A DNA stretch of 64,000 nt from Candidatus Omnitrophota bacterium (GTDB lineage: Bacteria; Omnitrophota; Gorgyraeia; 1-14-0-20-64-10): NCBI GenBank assembly GCA_016177405.1, contig JACOVG010000033.1, positions 41,486 through 105,485 of the forward strand, read 5' to 3'. A program made the position numbers and the translations under genes. Shown here one piece after another: positions 35,235-43,924 of the stretch; positions within the stretch are counted from its first letter, which is position 1; every line of letters starts with the position of its first letter. The notes under the pieces were generated by a model, which saw only the letters and a list, made by a program, of their open reading frames with translations, made no database searches and had not been told where the DNA came from.

Positions 35235-36845
35235 GTGGGAGCCATCAGGTCGTCCGAAGAGAAGCTGGTCGAGGAGGGGCTGATCACGGCCGAGCAGCTG
35301 AATCAGGCCCGCGCCGAGGCGGCGCGAAAGGGCCAATCGGTCCGGCAGGCCCTGGTGAGCTTGGGGGCGATCGATCCCAAGGCCCTGGCCCACTGGTTGA
35401 GCCGCGAGCTGAACCTTCCCCAGGTGGAGCTTAAGACCTATCTCGTGGATACCCAGGTGGTGGATCTGATTCCGGAGGCCTTGGCCAGGAAGCACCGGGT
35501 GATCCCCCTGTTCAAGGTGGGCTCCGCGCTGACCGTCGCGACCGCCGATCCGCTCAACCTCGCGGCCCTGGACGATCTGCGGTTGAAGAGCGGCTTGAAC
35601 GTGGAGCCGGTGGTCGCCACCGACGAGGAGATCGGCCAGGCCCTGGAGGAATATTACGGAGCCAAGGGCCGGTGGGACGAAATGGTCTCCCACCTGACCC
35701 AGGAGCGCCTGGGGATGGCGACGGGCGCCGAGCCGGAGCTCGCGAAGCTCAAAGGGCTCGTGGAGGAGCCGCCGATCGTGCGCCTGGTGAATCTCCTCCT
35801 GGCCGACGCGATCCACTGCCGCGCCTCCGACATCCACCTGGAGCCGGAGAGGGAGCTCTTGAAGGTCCGCTTCAGGGTGGACGGTCTCTTGAGGGAGTCG
35901 AGCGCCCTCCCCAAGCACCTGGAATCTGCCGTGATCTCCCGCATCAAGATCCTGGCCAGCCTCGACATTGCCGAGCGCCGCAAGCCGCAGGACGGCCGTT
36001 TCCGAGTTTCGATGGAGGGCCATGAGGTGGACCTGCGCGTCTCCGTGATGCCGGCGATCGACGGAGAAACGGTGGTTCTGCGCCTTCTGGACGCCTCCGG
36101 GCTTCAGTTGGACTTGAATCAGCTGGGCATGGAGCCCGAGCTTCTGGCCCGGTATCAGACTCTTCTCAAGCGCCCCTGGGGGATCCTCCTGGTCACGGGG
36201 CCCACAGGGTCGGGTAAGACCACCACCCTCTACGCCTCCCTGGCCACCCTCAATGCCGGCCAGCAGAACATCGTGACGATCGAGGATCCGGTCGAGTACC
36301 GGCTCAAGGGGATCCGGCAGATTCCGATCAACCCGGCGGTGGGCCTCACCTTTGCCTCGGGTTTGCGCTCCATCCTGCGCCAGGACCCGGATGTGATCCT
36401 GGTGGGGGAGATCCGCGACCGGGAGACGGCCGAGACCGCCGTCCAGGCGGCCCTCACCGGACACCTCGTTCTTTCCACCCTGCACACGAACGACGCCCCC
36501 ACCGCGATCACCCGCTTGATCGACATGGGGATGGAGCCGTTTCTGGTCGCTTCCAGCGTGATCGGCGTGGCGGCCCAGCGGCTGGTTCGGACGGTCTGCC
36601 CCGAGTGCAAGGCCCCCCGGAAGGGCTGCCGAAAATGCGGGAACACCGGCTACAAGGGAAGGATCGGAGTCTTTGAGCTGATGGTTATGAACGATGAGCT
36701 GGGCCGGCTGACCGTGGCCAAGGCCCCCACCGACCAGCTGCGCGCCTGCGCCTGCCGGAGCGGGATGCGCCTCCTGCGGGAGGATGGGATGTTGAGGGCC
36801 TCCTCCGGCCTCACCACCCCCGAAGAGGTCTTGAGGGTCACCTAA
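35235..36845 (+). CDS. pilB: PilB/GspE assembly ATPase
   Basis: ASDIHLEP, GPTGSGKTTTLY, TIEDPVE, VGEIRD, STLHTND, CxxC..CxxC. Confidence 0.93.
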   Translation: MGAIRSSEEKLVEEGLITAEQLNQARAEAARKGQSVRQALVSLGAIDPKALAHWLSRELNLPQVELKTYLVDTQVVDLIPEALARKHRVIPLFKVGSALTVATADPLNLAALDDLRLKSGLNVEPVVATDEEIGQALEEYYGAKGRWDEMVSHLTQERLGMATGAEPELAKLKGLVEEPPIVRLVNLLLADAIHCRASDIHLEPERELLKVRFRVDGLLRESSALPKHLESAVISRIKILASLDIAERRKPQDGRFRVSMEGHEVDLRVSVMPAIDGETVVLRLLDASGLQLDLNQLGMEPELLARYQTLLKRPWGILLVTGPTGSGKTTTLYASLATLNAGQQNIVTIEDPVEYRLKGIRQIPINPAVGLTFASGLRSILRQDPDVILVGEIRDRETAETAVQAALTGHLVLSTLHTNDAPTAITRLIDMGMEPFLVASSVIGVAAQRLVRTVCPECKAPRKGCRKCGNTGYKGRIGVFELMVMNDELGRLTVAKAPTDQLRACACRSGMRLLREDGMLRASSGLTTPEEVLRVT

Positions 36846-36862
36846 GGGAGAGCAACAAGAGC

Positions 36863-38092
36863 ATGCCGACCTTCACCTATCAAGCCCGCGACGAATCGGG
36901 GCGGCTGGTCAAGGGAGCCCTGGAGGCGGACTCCCAGGCGGTTTTGGCCGAGCGGCTTCGGAAGATGGGCTATCTCGTCACCCGGATCGAAGAGGCGGCG
37001 CGGGGGATAGGGGGTTGGGCCGAGCTGCGCCTGGGGCGGGCCGTTTCCGGCGAGGATCTGCTCCTCACCTGTTTGCAGTTATCGGCCCTGGCCGGAGCCG
37101 GAGTCCCGCTCACCTCGAGCCTCAAGGCGGTTTCCTCCTCGCGCTCCAAGGAGAACGCCCTGCGGCAGGCCCTGGAGGGGGTGACCCATGAGGTTGAATC
37201 GGGATCCCGATTCTCGCAGGCCCTGGCCTGCCGCCGCGAAATCTTCCCGGAGCTGATGGTGAGCCTGGTGGAGGTGGGAGAGGCCACCGGAAAACTGGAC
37301 CTTGTCCTCTCGCGCTTCGCCCGTTTCCTCGAGAAGGATCTGGCCTTGAGGCGGGAGATCCAGGGGGCGCTGACGTATCCCCTGCTGCTTCTGGCCGCTT
37401 CCAGTCTCCTCATCCTCTTTGTGGTCTCCTTTGTGGTGCCGCAGTTTGCCCTGGTTTTTTTGAAGGCCGGCATCCCCCTGCCGGCCCCCACCCGGTTTCT
37501 GCAGTGGGCCGCCCACCTCATCCAAAGCTACTGGTGGGCCCTGGGTTTTCTGGCGGTCTTGGGGACAGCCGCCGCGGCCTTCGCGTACCGCAAGGCGCCC
37601 ATCCGTCTTAGGGTGGACCGGGCGCTGCTCACGCTTCCGGCGGCGGGGCCGCTTCTGTTGGCGTCGGCGGTCGCCCGCTTCTGCCGGACCTTGGCCACCC
37701 TGGCGGCCAGCGGTGTGGCCATCTTAACAGCCCTTCGGGTGGCCCGGCGCGTGGTGGGCAATCGGGCCCTGGTCCAAGAGGTTGAGCGGGTGGGCCAGGC
37801 GGTCGAACGGGGAGAGAGGATCGCCGCCGCCTTGAGCGTCGGCCGGGTCTTCTCGGCCGACGCGATCCAGATGATCCGCGTGGGGGAGGAGTCGGGAAGG
37901 CTTGATGAGATGCTGGAAAAGGTGGCCGACTTCTATGAACTTAAGGTAAGCTATACCCTAAAGCAAATGACGACTCTTCTGGAACCGGCCCTGCTGGTGG
38001 TCATGGGAGGGGTGACGGCTTTCATCATGGCTTCGCTCCTGCTTCCAATGTTCGACATGGTCAAGGTCCTTCAGCATGGAGGGTTGAGATGA
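36863..38092 (+). CDS. pilC: PilC/GspF platform protein
   Basis: FTYQARD, GEATGKLD, ALTYP, GEESGRLDEML, EP. Confidence 0.93.
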   Translation: MPTFTYQARDESGRLVKGALEADSQAVLAERLRKMGYLVTRIEEAARGIGGWAELRLGRAVSGEDLLLTCLQLSALAGAGVPLTSSLKAVSSSRSKENALRQALEGVTHEVESGSRFSQALACRREIFPELMVSLVEVGEATGKLDLVLSRFARFLEKDLALRREIQGALTYPLLLLAASSLLILFVVSFVVPQFALVFLKAGIPLPAPTRFLQWAAHLIQSYWWALGFLAVLGTAAAAFAYRKAPIRLRVDRALLTLPAAGPLLLASAVARFCRTLATLAASGVAILTALRVARRVVGNRALVQEVERVGQAVERGERIAAALSVGRVFSADAIQMIRVGEESGRLDEMLEKVADFYELKVSYTLKQMTTLLEPALLVVMGGVTAFIMASLLLPMFDMVKVLQHGGLR

Positions 38093-38553
38093 AGCGGTCA
38101 AGGGGGTTCACGCTCATCGAGCTGATCATCGTGATCGCGGTGATCGCGATCTTGATCGGAATCGCCCTGCCGCGCCTTCGGGGAATGATCGATGAAGGCA
38201 ACACGGCCAAGGCCGGGGCGGAACTGCGGGCCCTCCAGGCGGCGGTGGAATCGTACTACATCCACAACTCCAAAACCTATCCGGCCGACGGCTCCGTCAC
38301 CTGGCAAACCGCCCTGACCGCCTCCACCACCAAACCCAAACTGATCGGCTCGGCCCTCACAGACCCCTTTTCGACCTCCAGCGCCCAGTACTCGTACGAC
38401 AAGTCGTCCAACGGCCTCTACTACGTGATCTGGTCGGTGGGGCCGGACAACACCGCCGACATCACCGCGATCGGCACCGATGGGACCATCTCCGGCGGCC
38501 CCGATGACGATATCTATGTCTCCAACGGCACCTCCGGCACCGGCGGTTTCTAA
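38089..38553 (+). CDS. Major (pseudo)pilin, GspG/PilA-like
   Basis: G-FTLIELIIVIAVIAIL class III signal, DPF, WSVGPD. Confidence 0.9.
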   Translation: MKRSRGFTLIELIIVIAVIAILIGIALPRLRGMIDEGNTAKAGAELRALQAAVESYYIHNSKTYPADGSVTWQTALTASTTKPKLIGSALTDPFSTSSAQYSYDKSSNGLYYVIWSVGPDNTADITAIGTDGTISGGPDDDIYVSNGTSGTGGF

Positions 38554-39511
38554 AAGAACCCCGCGGTTCTGGCTCGGAATCCTTTTGGCCTTCTGCACCG
38601 GGGTGGGGCTGTCCCTCTTCGCCTTTTTTGTCCGCGGCGGGGCTGAATCCTGGGCCGTTTTCGCTCTGGGGGTGGCCTCCTCCTCTTTTCTCATCGCCTA
38701 CCTTCTGGTGGATTTCCGCAAGACGGCCGAGGTGAAGAAGCAGGTGGTTCAGCGGACCCTGGAGCTCCAGGAGGCAAACCGGCGGCTGAAGGAGCTCTCC
38801 AGGCTCAAGGACGAATTCATCGCCTCCGTCTCCCACGAGCTGCGCACCCCCTTGACCGTCATCCAAGAAGGAGTGGTTCAGGTTTTGGAGGGAATTTGCG
38901 GGCCCGCCAGCCCCGCCCAACGGCAGTCTCTCTCGATCGCCGTGAGGAACATCGAGCGCTTAAGGCGCCTGATCGAGGATCTCCTGGACATCTCCAAGAT
39001 TGAAACCGGCAGGATGGTCCTGAATCTGGAGACCTTTGATCTGCGGGAGGTTGTTCGGGAGGCGGGCCGGAGCTTCCTTCCGAGGATTCAGGGCAAGGGG
39101 CTTGAGCTGAAGATCCATCTTCCTGAAGGCAAGGTGGCTCTCTACGCGGATCGGGACAGGCTCGCCCAGGTTTTCTCCAACCTGCTGGACAACGCCCTGA
39201 AGTTCACGCGGAAGGGATTCATCGAGATCTGTGTTTTGGAGGAGAGTCGCCGCCAGATTGCCTGCAGGGTCTCGGACACCGGCTTGGGCCTTGCCCCGGA
39301 GTTTCTTTCAAAGCTCTTCCATAAATTTCAGCAGGCCCCCGGCGAGGCCGCCAACGGCGTGAAGGGAACCGGTCTGGGGCTGGCCATCTCCAAGGGAATC
39401 GTGGAGCTCCACGACGGCAGGATTTGGGCCGAGAGCCAACCGGGTCAGGGAACCCGCTTCACCTTCACCCTGCCGGTCAAAACCTTCCCCTCGCAGGCCC
39501 ATGCGGCCTAA
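38516..39511 (+). CDS. Membrane histidine kinase with 2 TM helices and no extracellular domain (start uncertain)
   Basis: SHELRTPL, NLLDNALKF, GTGLGL. Overlaps the pilin 3' end. Confidence 0.85.
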   Translation: MSPTAPPAPAVSKRTPRFWLGILLAFCTGVGLSLFAFFVRGGAESWAVFALGVASSSFLIAYLLVDFRKTAEVKKQVVQRTLELQEANRRLKELSRLKDEFIASVSHELRTPLTVIQEGVVQVLEGICGPASPAQRQSLSIAVRNIERLRRLIEDLLDISKIETGRMVLNLETFDLREVVREAGRSFLPRIQGKGLELKIHLPEGKVALYADRDRLAQVFSNLLDNALKFTRKGFIEICVLEESRRQIACRVSDTGLGLAPEFLSKLFHKFQQAPGEAANGVKGTGLGLAISKGIVELHDGRIWAESQPGQGTRFTFTLPVKTFPSQAHAA

Positions 39512-39884
39512 AGCCCTCCCGGGATTCACCCTGCTGGAGGTGATGATCGCCGTGGTCCTGCTGACCGGCGCCGTCGCGGCGTCCGCCCTTGTTTTCAGCC
39601 GGGCCATTTTTATGACCGCCGACACCGAAACCCTGACGCAGGCGTCGGCCCTCGCCCAGGAGAAGCTGGAGTCTTTGCGGGGAGGTTCTTTCGCCGCCAT
39701 CGCCAGCGAACCCAAGGCCGCCGTCCCGGGCTGGAGCGGTTTTTCGCGGGAGGTCGAGGTCAGCCAGCCTGCCGGAACCAACAGCGATTTCAAACAGATC
39801 GGGGTGACCGTTTACTGGGACACCGTGGATGGGGAGCTTTCGACGGATCTCACCACCTATGTGGCGAATGTGTCGAACAATTGA
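39501..39884 (+). CDS. Minor pilin (PilV/GspI-like)
   Basis: G-FTLLEVMIAVVLL, ALAQEKLE. Confidence 0.85.
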   Translation: MRPKALPGFTLLEVMIAVVLLTGAVAASALVFSRAIFMTADTETLTQASALAQEKLESLRGGSFAAIASEPKAAVPGWSGFSREVEVSQPAGTNSDFKQIGVTVYWDTVDGELSTDLTTYVANVSNN

Positions 39885-39885
39885 C

Positions 39886-40455
39886 GTGCCGAAAGCACGT
39901 CATCGCGAGTCCCGCCAACGAACTTTGGCGGGACGTGGCGATCTCGGACTGACCCTGATTGAACTTCTCATCGCCCTGCTTCTGGCGGGAGTTCTCATGA
40001 CGGCGGCAGCCATGTCGTTGAATCCCATCCTGCTGGCCTGGTCCAGCCAAATGGACCGGATAGAGCTCAACCGCCAGCTTCAGCATGGCCTGGAACGGGC
40101 CGTCCGGGATCTGCGAGGCGCGACAAATCTGGCCAACGACACCAACGACGCCATCCGTTACACCTTAAGGGAAAGCGGCGTGAGCAACTCCTACATCCTT
40201 TATCTTTACCACGCCGACGACACCTGGCCGCCCGCCTTCAACCAGACGGCCTACCAACTGCGTAAGGCCAGCCTGACCGGAGGGATCAACGGCACCTTCA
40301 CCTACGGCGGCGGGGACCTCCTGATGCGGGATGTTCAGCCGCCGGCCGCCTCGGACCTGTCGGTGAGCGGTTCGTTGGCGACGTTGGATCTCACCTTGGT
40401 TCGCAAGACGGACGAAACCTTCCGGCTGGTGGAGAAGGTCAAGAGGCGGAACTAA
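39886..40455 (+). CDS. Minor pilin (PilW/GspJ-like); alternative start 39868
   Basis: G-LTLIELLIALLL, ERAVRDLRGA, ends VKRRN. Confidence 0.8.
   Translation: MPKARHRESRQRTLAGRGDLGLTLIELLIALLLAGVLMTAAAMSLNPILLAWSSQMDRIELNRQLQHGLERAVRDLRGATNLANDTNDAIRYTLRESGVSNSYILYLYHADDTWPPAFNQTAYQLRKASLTGGINGTFTYGGGDLLMRDVQPPAASDLSVSGSLATLDLTLVRKTDETFRLVEKVKRRN
39898..39945. repeat. 48-bp partial REP-like element in frame in the prepilin leader
   Basis: CGTCATCGCGAG-TCCCGCCAA..TTGGCGGGA-CGTGGCGATCTC encodes RHRESRQRTLAGRGDL directly before the G-LTLIE cleavage site. Confidence 0.6.
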
Positions 40456-40456
40456 G

Positions 40457-41281
40457 ATGCGGGGCTCTGTGATGATCATGGCGCTGGCGCTCACGATTCT
40501 CCTGGTGGGCCTGGTGGGCGGCTATCTCTTTACCGTGGGAGTCTTGATCACGAACAGCGGCTGGGAGGAAACCGACGCCAAGACCTTGTGGCTGGCGGAG
40601 GCCGGTTTGCAAAAAGGGATCTGGAACCTGAAAACCCCCGCCGGAAGCGGCGGGCAAGGAGAGAACTGGACGACGGCAGGCACGACAGAAAACCTCGGTG
40701 CCGGGAGTTACACAATGGTTGTCACAAGATATGACTTTGCGCTGGGCACAAACGGAGGAACTGCCTCCGCCTCCTCACAATCAGCACAAGGACAGCGCGC
40801 TTCAAAAGCGATTGATGGGGATGATGAGAGTCGATGGGAATCGGATAACGTTCCAAGCTCGGCCGCGCCGGAACATATTGTCATCAGTTTTCCCTACCCG
40901 CTCACTTTGAACAAGGTTCGTTTTGTAGCGCACTCTTCGAATCAGCGGCCGGTGGATTACACTTGGGGAGTCTCGACGGACGGCTCGGCTTACGCAGTTG
41001 TCGTCACCGTAACAGGAAATGCCGCCACGGACCGCACCGACACGTTCGGTGCGCAGTCAAATGTCAACCATTTGAAACTCATAGTTACGGCGATCGGGGG
41101 CGGCCAAAAAGGAGTCGGTATTTCCAAGCTCGAGGCGATTGGGAGTAAAATCACCTCAATCGGCACCTTGACCGCCACCGGGCAGACGTACACCCGAACC
41201 ATTTCGCAAACGGTGGCGGCGGACGACGGCTCGCCGCAGAATCAAGTGGCCTATTACGAACCGGACTGGGCGGAGGAATGA
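40457..41281 (+). CDS. PilX/GspK-like minor pilin carrying a discoidin (F5/8C) domain
   Basis: RG-SVMIMALAL, LAEAGL, ASKAIDGDDESRWES, ends WAEE. Confidence 0.8.
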   Translation: MRGSVMIMALALTILLVGLVGGYLFTVGVLITNSGWEETDAKTLWLAEAGLQKGIWNLKTPAGSGGQGENWTTAGTTENLGAGSYTMVVTRYDFALGTNGGTASASSQSAQGQRASKAIDGDDESRWESDNVPSSAAPEHIVISFPYPLTLNKVRFVAHSSNQRPVDYTWGVSTDGSAYAVVVTVTGNAATDRTDTFGAQSNVNHLKLIVTAIGGGQKGVGISKLEAIGSKITSIGTLTATGQTYTRTISQTVAADDGSPQNQVAYYEPDWAEE

Positions 41282-42864
41282 AAACCAAGCGAATCCTGGC
41301 GATCGAGCTGGGCGGCACGAGCTTCAAGCTGGCGGCGGCCGAAGTGACCGACGGCAAACCGACCCTCACCCGGGTCCGCCGCCTTCCCCTGGCAGCCCCA
41401 ACCGACGAGGCTTCGCGCCGGAAGACCCTCGAGGAGCTCCTTTCCGGGATCGCGCGGGACGCGAAAACCAACGTTGTCGCTCTCGTGGACGATCCCTTCG
41501 CCTTCGTGGGGCCTCTCCTGGTTCCGCCCATGCCCTCCGGCGAGCTGGCCGGAGCGGTCCATTTTGAGCTTCAGCGCGGCCTCCCCATCCCGCCGGAGGA
41601 AGCGGTCGTGGATTATGAAATCTCCGGAGGGGTGGAGAGCCAGGGGGTCAAGAAGCTCAAGCTTCTTGTCGGCGCCCTCCCCCAGCAGACGGTCAACAGC
41701 CAGCTTGCCTTCTTGGCGCGGGCCGGCCTAAAGCCCAGCCGGCTTATTCCCAGGGCGCAGGCGACGGCCGCCTGGTCCAAAGAGGGGGCGGATCCTTCCG
41801 CCGCCAGCCGCGGCATCCTTCGCGTCGGAGGGACCTCTTCGGAGTTTCTCGTGACAAGGGGCGGCCAGATCCTTTTTGTCAGGAAGATCCCGGTCTCCGG
41901 GGGAGATTTCACGCGAGGGATGACGGCCGTTCTGATGACGGCCGCGGGCCAGGTGGGTTTGACCGAAGCCGAGGCCGAGACGGTCAAGCGGACGGTCGGC
42001 ATACCCTCACCCGAATCCAGCAATCCGGCGACCCAGGGAATTCCGGCTTCCCAGATTCTGGCCATGCTGCGGGGCAGTCTCGATCGCCTGGCCGTGGAGG
42101 TGGAGCGCTCGATCGCCTTCTATGGAGAGTCTCAAGGCGGCGGATCGAGCTTGGGAGAGCTTATCCTCGCCGGAGGCGGGGCGCACCTGAAAGGGTTGGA
42201 CCAGTGGCTGGCGAAGAGACTTGGGATTCCGGTGACCGCGCCCGACCCTCTGGCCGGCAGGGCCGTCGCCGCCGGGGCTGTTGAGGAAAATGTGGCAACC
42301 GCGCCCTTGAGCCTGGCGGCGGTGCTGGGGGCTGTGGAGCTTTCCGCGGCGGGCGCGGGGCTTAATCTCTTGCCCCGCCAGATCAGGGAGGCCGCCCAGA
42401 CTCAAGCCAGGCGTTCGGTCCTGGCGGGATCGATCGGCGCGGCGGCGGCCGTCCTGCTTGTGGTGAAGGCTGGGATGGGGATTTACCAGGGGGCGCTTGA
42501 GAAAGAGCTGGCCGCCCTCCGGGTCGAACAGTCCGCGGTGATGTCCCAGCACGCCGCGGCCCAGACGACCTTAAGCGCCTACGAGCTTCTTCGAACCCAG
42601 CCCCCCCTGGAGGAGATCTTCAAGGAGTTGGGCCATGCCGTTCCGGCCCACGCGTACCTGACCCATTTGACCTGGCAGGAGGGTAAGTGGGCCCTTCAGG
42701 GCAAGGTTCGTGAGGTCACCCGAACGGCCGACGCGGTGCTCAACGATTTCCTGCGGGCCCTCTCCGAGGGACCTTTTACCGAGGTGCGGTTGATCGGGAG
42801 CCGGCAGGTGGAGGGGAGCATTCCCAGGGAGTCCGAGTTTGAAGTGAGCTGTCTCTTAAAGTGA
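41278..42864 (+). CDS. pilM: PilM-PilN fusion (alignment complex)
   Basis: Actin-like AIELGG, LAGGGAHL, then NLLP, a TM helix and a PilN-like domain. Confidence 0.85.
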   Translation: MKTKRILAIELGGTSFKLAAAEVTDGKPTLTRVRRLPLAAPTDEASRRKTLEELLSGIARDAKTNVVALVDDPFAFVGPLLVPPMPSGELAGAVHFELQRGLPIPPEEAVVDYEISGGVESQGVKKLKLLVGALPQQTVNSQLAFLARAGLKPSRLIPRAQATAAWSKEGADPSAASRGILRVGGTSSEFLVTRGGQILFVRKIPVSGGDFTRGMTAVLMTAAGQVGLTEAEAETVKRTVGIPSPESSNPATQGIPASQILAMLRGSLDRLAVEVERSIAFYGESQGGGSSLGELILAGGGAHLKGLDQWLAKRLGIPVTAPDPLAGRAVAAGAVEENVATAPLSLAAVLGAVELSAAGAGLNLLPRQIREAAQTQARRSVLAGSIGAAAAVLLVVKAGMGIYQGALEKELAALRVEQSAVMSQHAAAQTTLSAYELLRTQPPLEEIFKELGHAVPAHAYLTHLTWQEGKWALQGKVREVTRTADAVLNDFLRALSEGPFTEVRLIGSRQVEGSIPRESEFEVSCLLK

Positions 42865-43442
42865 AGATGACCCCGCCCCTTCTACGCGCTCTGAAGAAGG
42901 TCCAAGGGATGGCCGGGCCGCTTCTTGAGGCGGTCAGGAAAAAACCCAAATGGCTTGGGCCCCTGGCGGCTCTCGGGCTGATCGTTATCCTCTGGTCCCT
43001 CTACGCCGTCCCCTTGGGCCGGATCCGAAAGCTTCAAGCCGGCCTCCTGCCGTTGAAGGAGCAGGTCGCGCGGGCTCAAGAGGTGATCCAAAGGGCGCGC
43101 CAGGTGAATCTGGCCGCTTTGCCGGCGGCCGACGCCTTGCCCCAGGTGCTGGAGGAGCTCAACGCCTTGGCGCGCCAGCACGAGGTTCAATTGGTCAAGA
43201 CAGCCCCCCAGCCGACACGCCCGGCGGAATCCCGGGGGCTGGTGATCCTGCCGCTTGAGCTTCAGGTGGAGGCGGAGTACCGGAATCTCGGGGAATTCTT
43301 GGGGGCTCTGCGAAGGGCGCCGGGCCTGGGCGTGCCGCTGACGCGCCGGATTGCCCTCGGCAGAGAAGAGAGGCTGCTACCGCGGCTTACGGCGACGCTG
43401 ACGATCGACCTCATTTTAAGCGAGGCGCCCGGTGGCTCCTAA
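42861..43442 (+). CDS. PilO/GspM-like protein
   Basis: TM helix plus coiled coil, LELQVEAEYRNLGEFL. Confidence 0.75.
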   Translation: MKMTPPLLRALKKVQGMAGPLLEAVRKKPKWLGPLAALGLIVILWSLYAVPLGRIRKLQAGLLPLKEQVARAQEVIQRARQVNLAALPAADALPQVLEELNALARQHEVQLVKTAPQPTRPAESRGLVILPLELQVEAEYRNLGEFLGALRRAPGLGVPLTRRIALGREERLLPRLTATLTIDLILSEAPGGS

Positions 43443-43869
43443 AAAAGAGAAGGTGGTCCTGGCCGTCTTGGCGGCGCTGGCCGCGGTGGTCTGGGTGAGG
43501 GGTCTCACCGCCCGTCCGGCAAGGCCCCAACGATCCGCGGCGGCCCCCTCGCTCTCCGGCGCGGCCGTCAGGGGCGCGGGCCAGGGGGCCCAGAAGATGA
43601 CCTCCCGCTTCACCGAATGGGCCGACAGCCCCTTCCTGGTGGAGCGCCGCGGCCGCCCCGATACGAAAGCGGTGCAAGTTCCTGATTCGGGGGGAAGGGC
43701 TCTTGCCGTAAGCGGAATCCTTTGGGATCCCAAGGGTTCTTCGGCCATCGTCAACGGACTGCTGGTCGGCGTGGGGGACGAGGTGGGCGGCTGGAAGGTT
43801 CTGGAGATCCAGAGGGATAAGGTGGTCCTGACCGACGGGGCCAACCTCGAAACCCTCACCGTGGAATAG
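43432..43869 (+). CDS. PilP/GspB-like protein
   Basis: WADSPF, LAVSGILWD..SAIVNG..VGDEV..KVLEIQRDKVVL. Confidence 0.65.
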   Translation: MAPKKEKVVLAVLAALAAVVWVRGLTARPARPQRSAAAPSLSGAAVRGAGQGAQKMTSRFTEWADSPFLVERRGRPDTKAVQVPDSGGRALAVSGILWDPKGSSAIVNGLLVGVGDEVGGWKVLEIQRDKVVLTDGANLETLTVE

Positions 43870-43924
43870 GGGGTCTCTTTTTTTCGGCCCATAGGTAGAC
43901 GCCTGTCTGGTATAAGAGTGTCTG

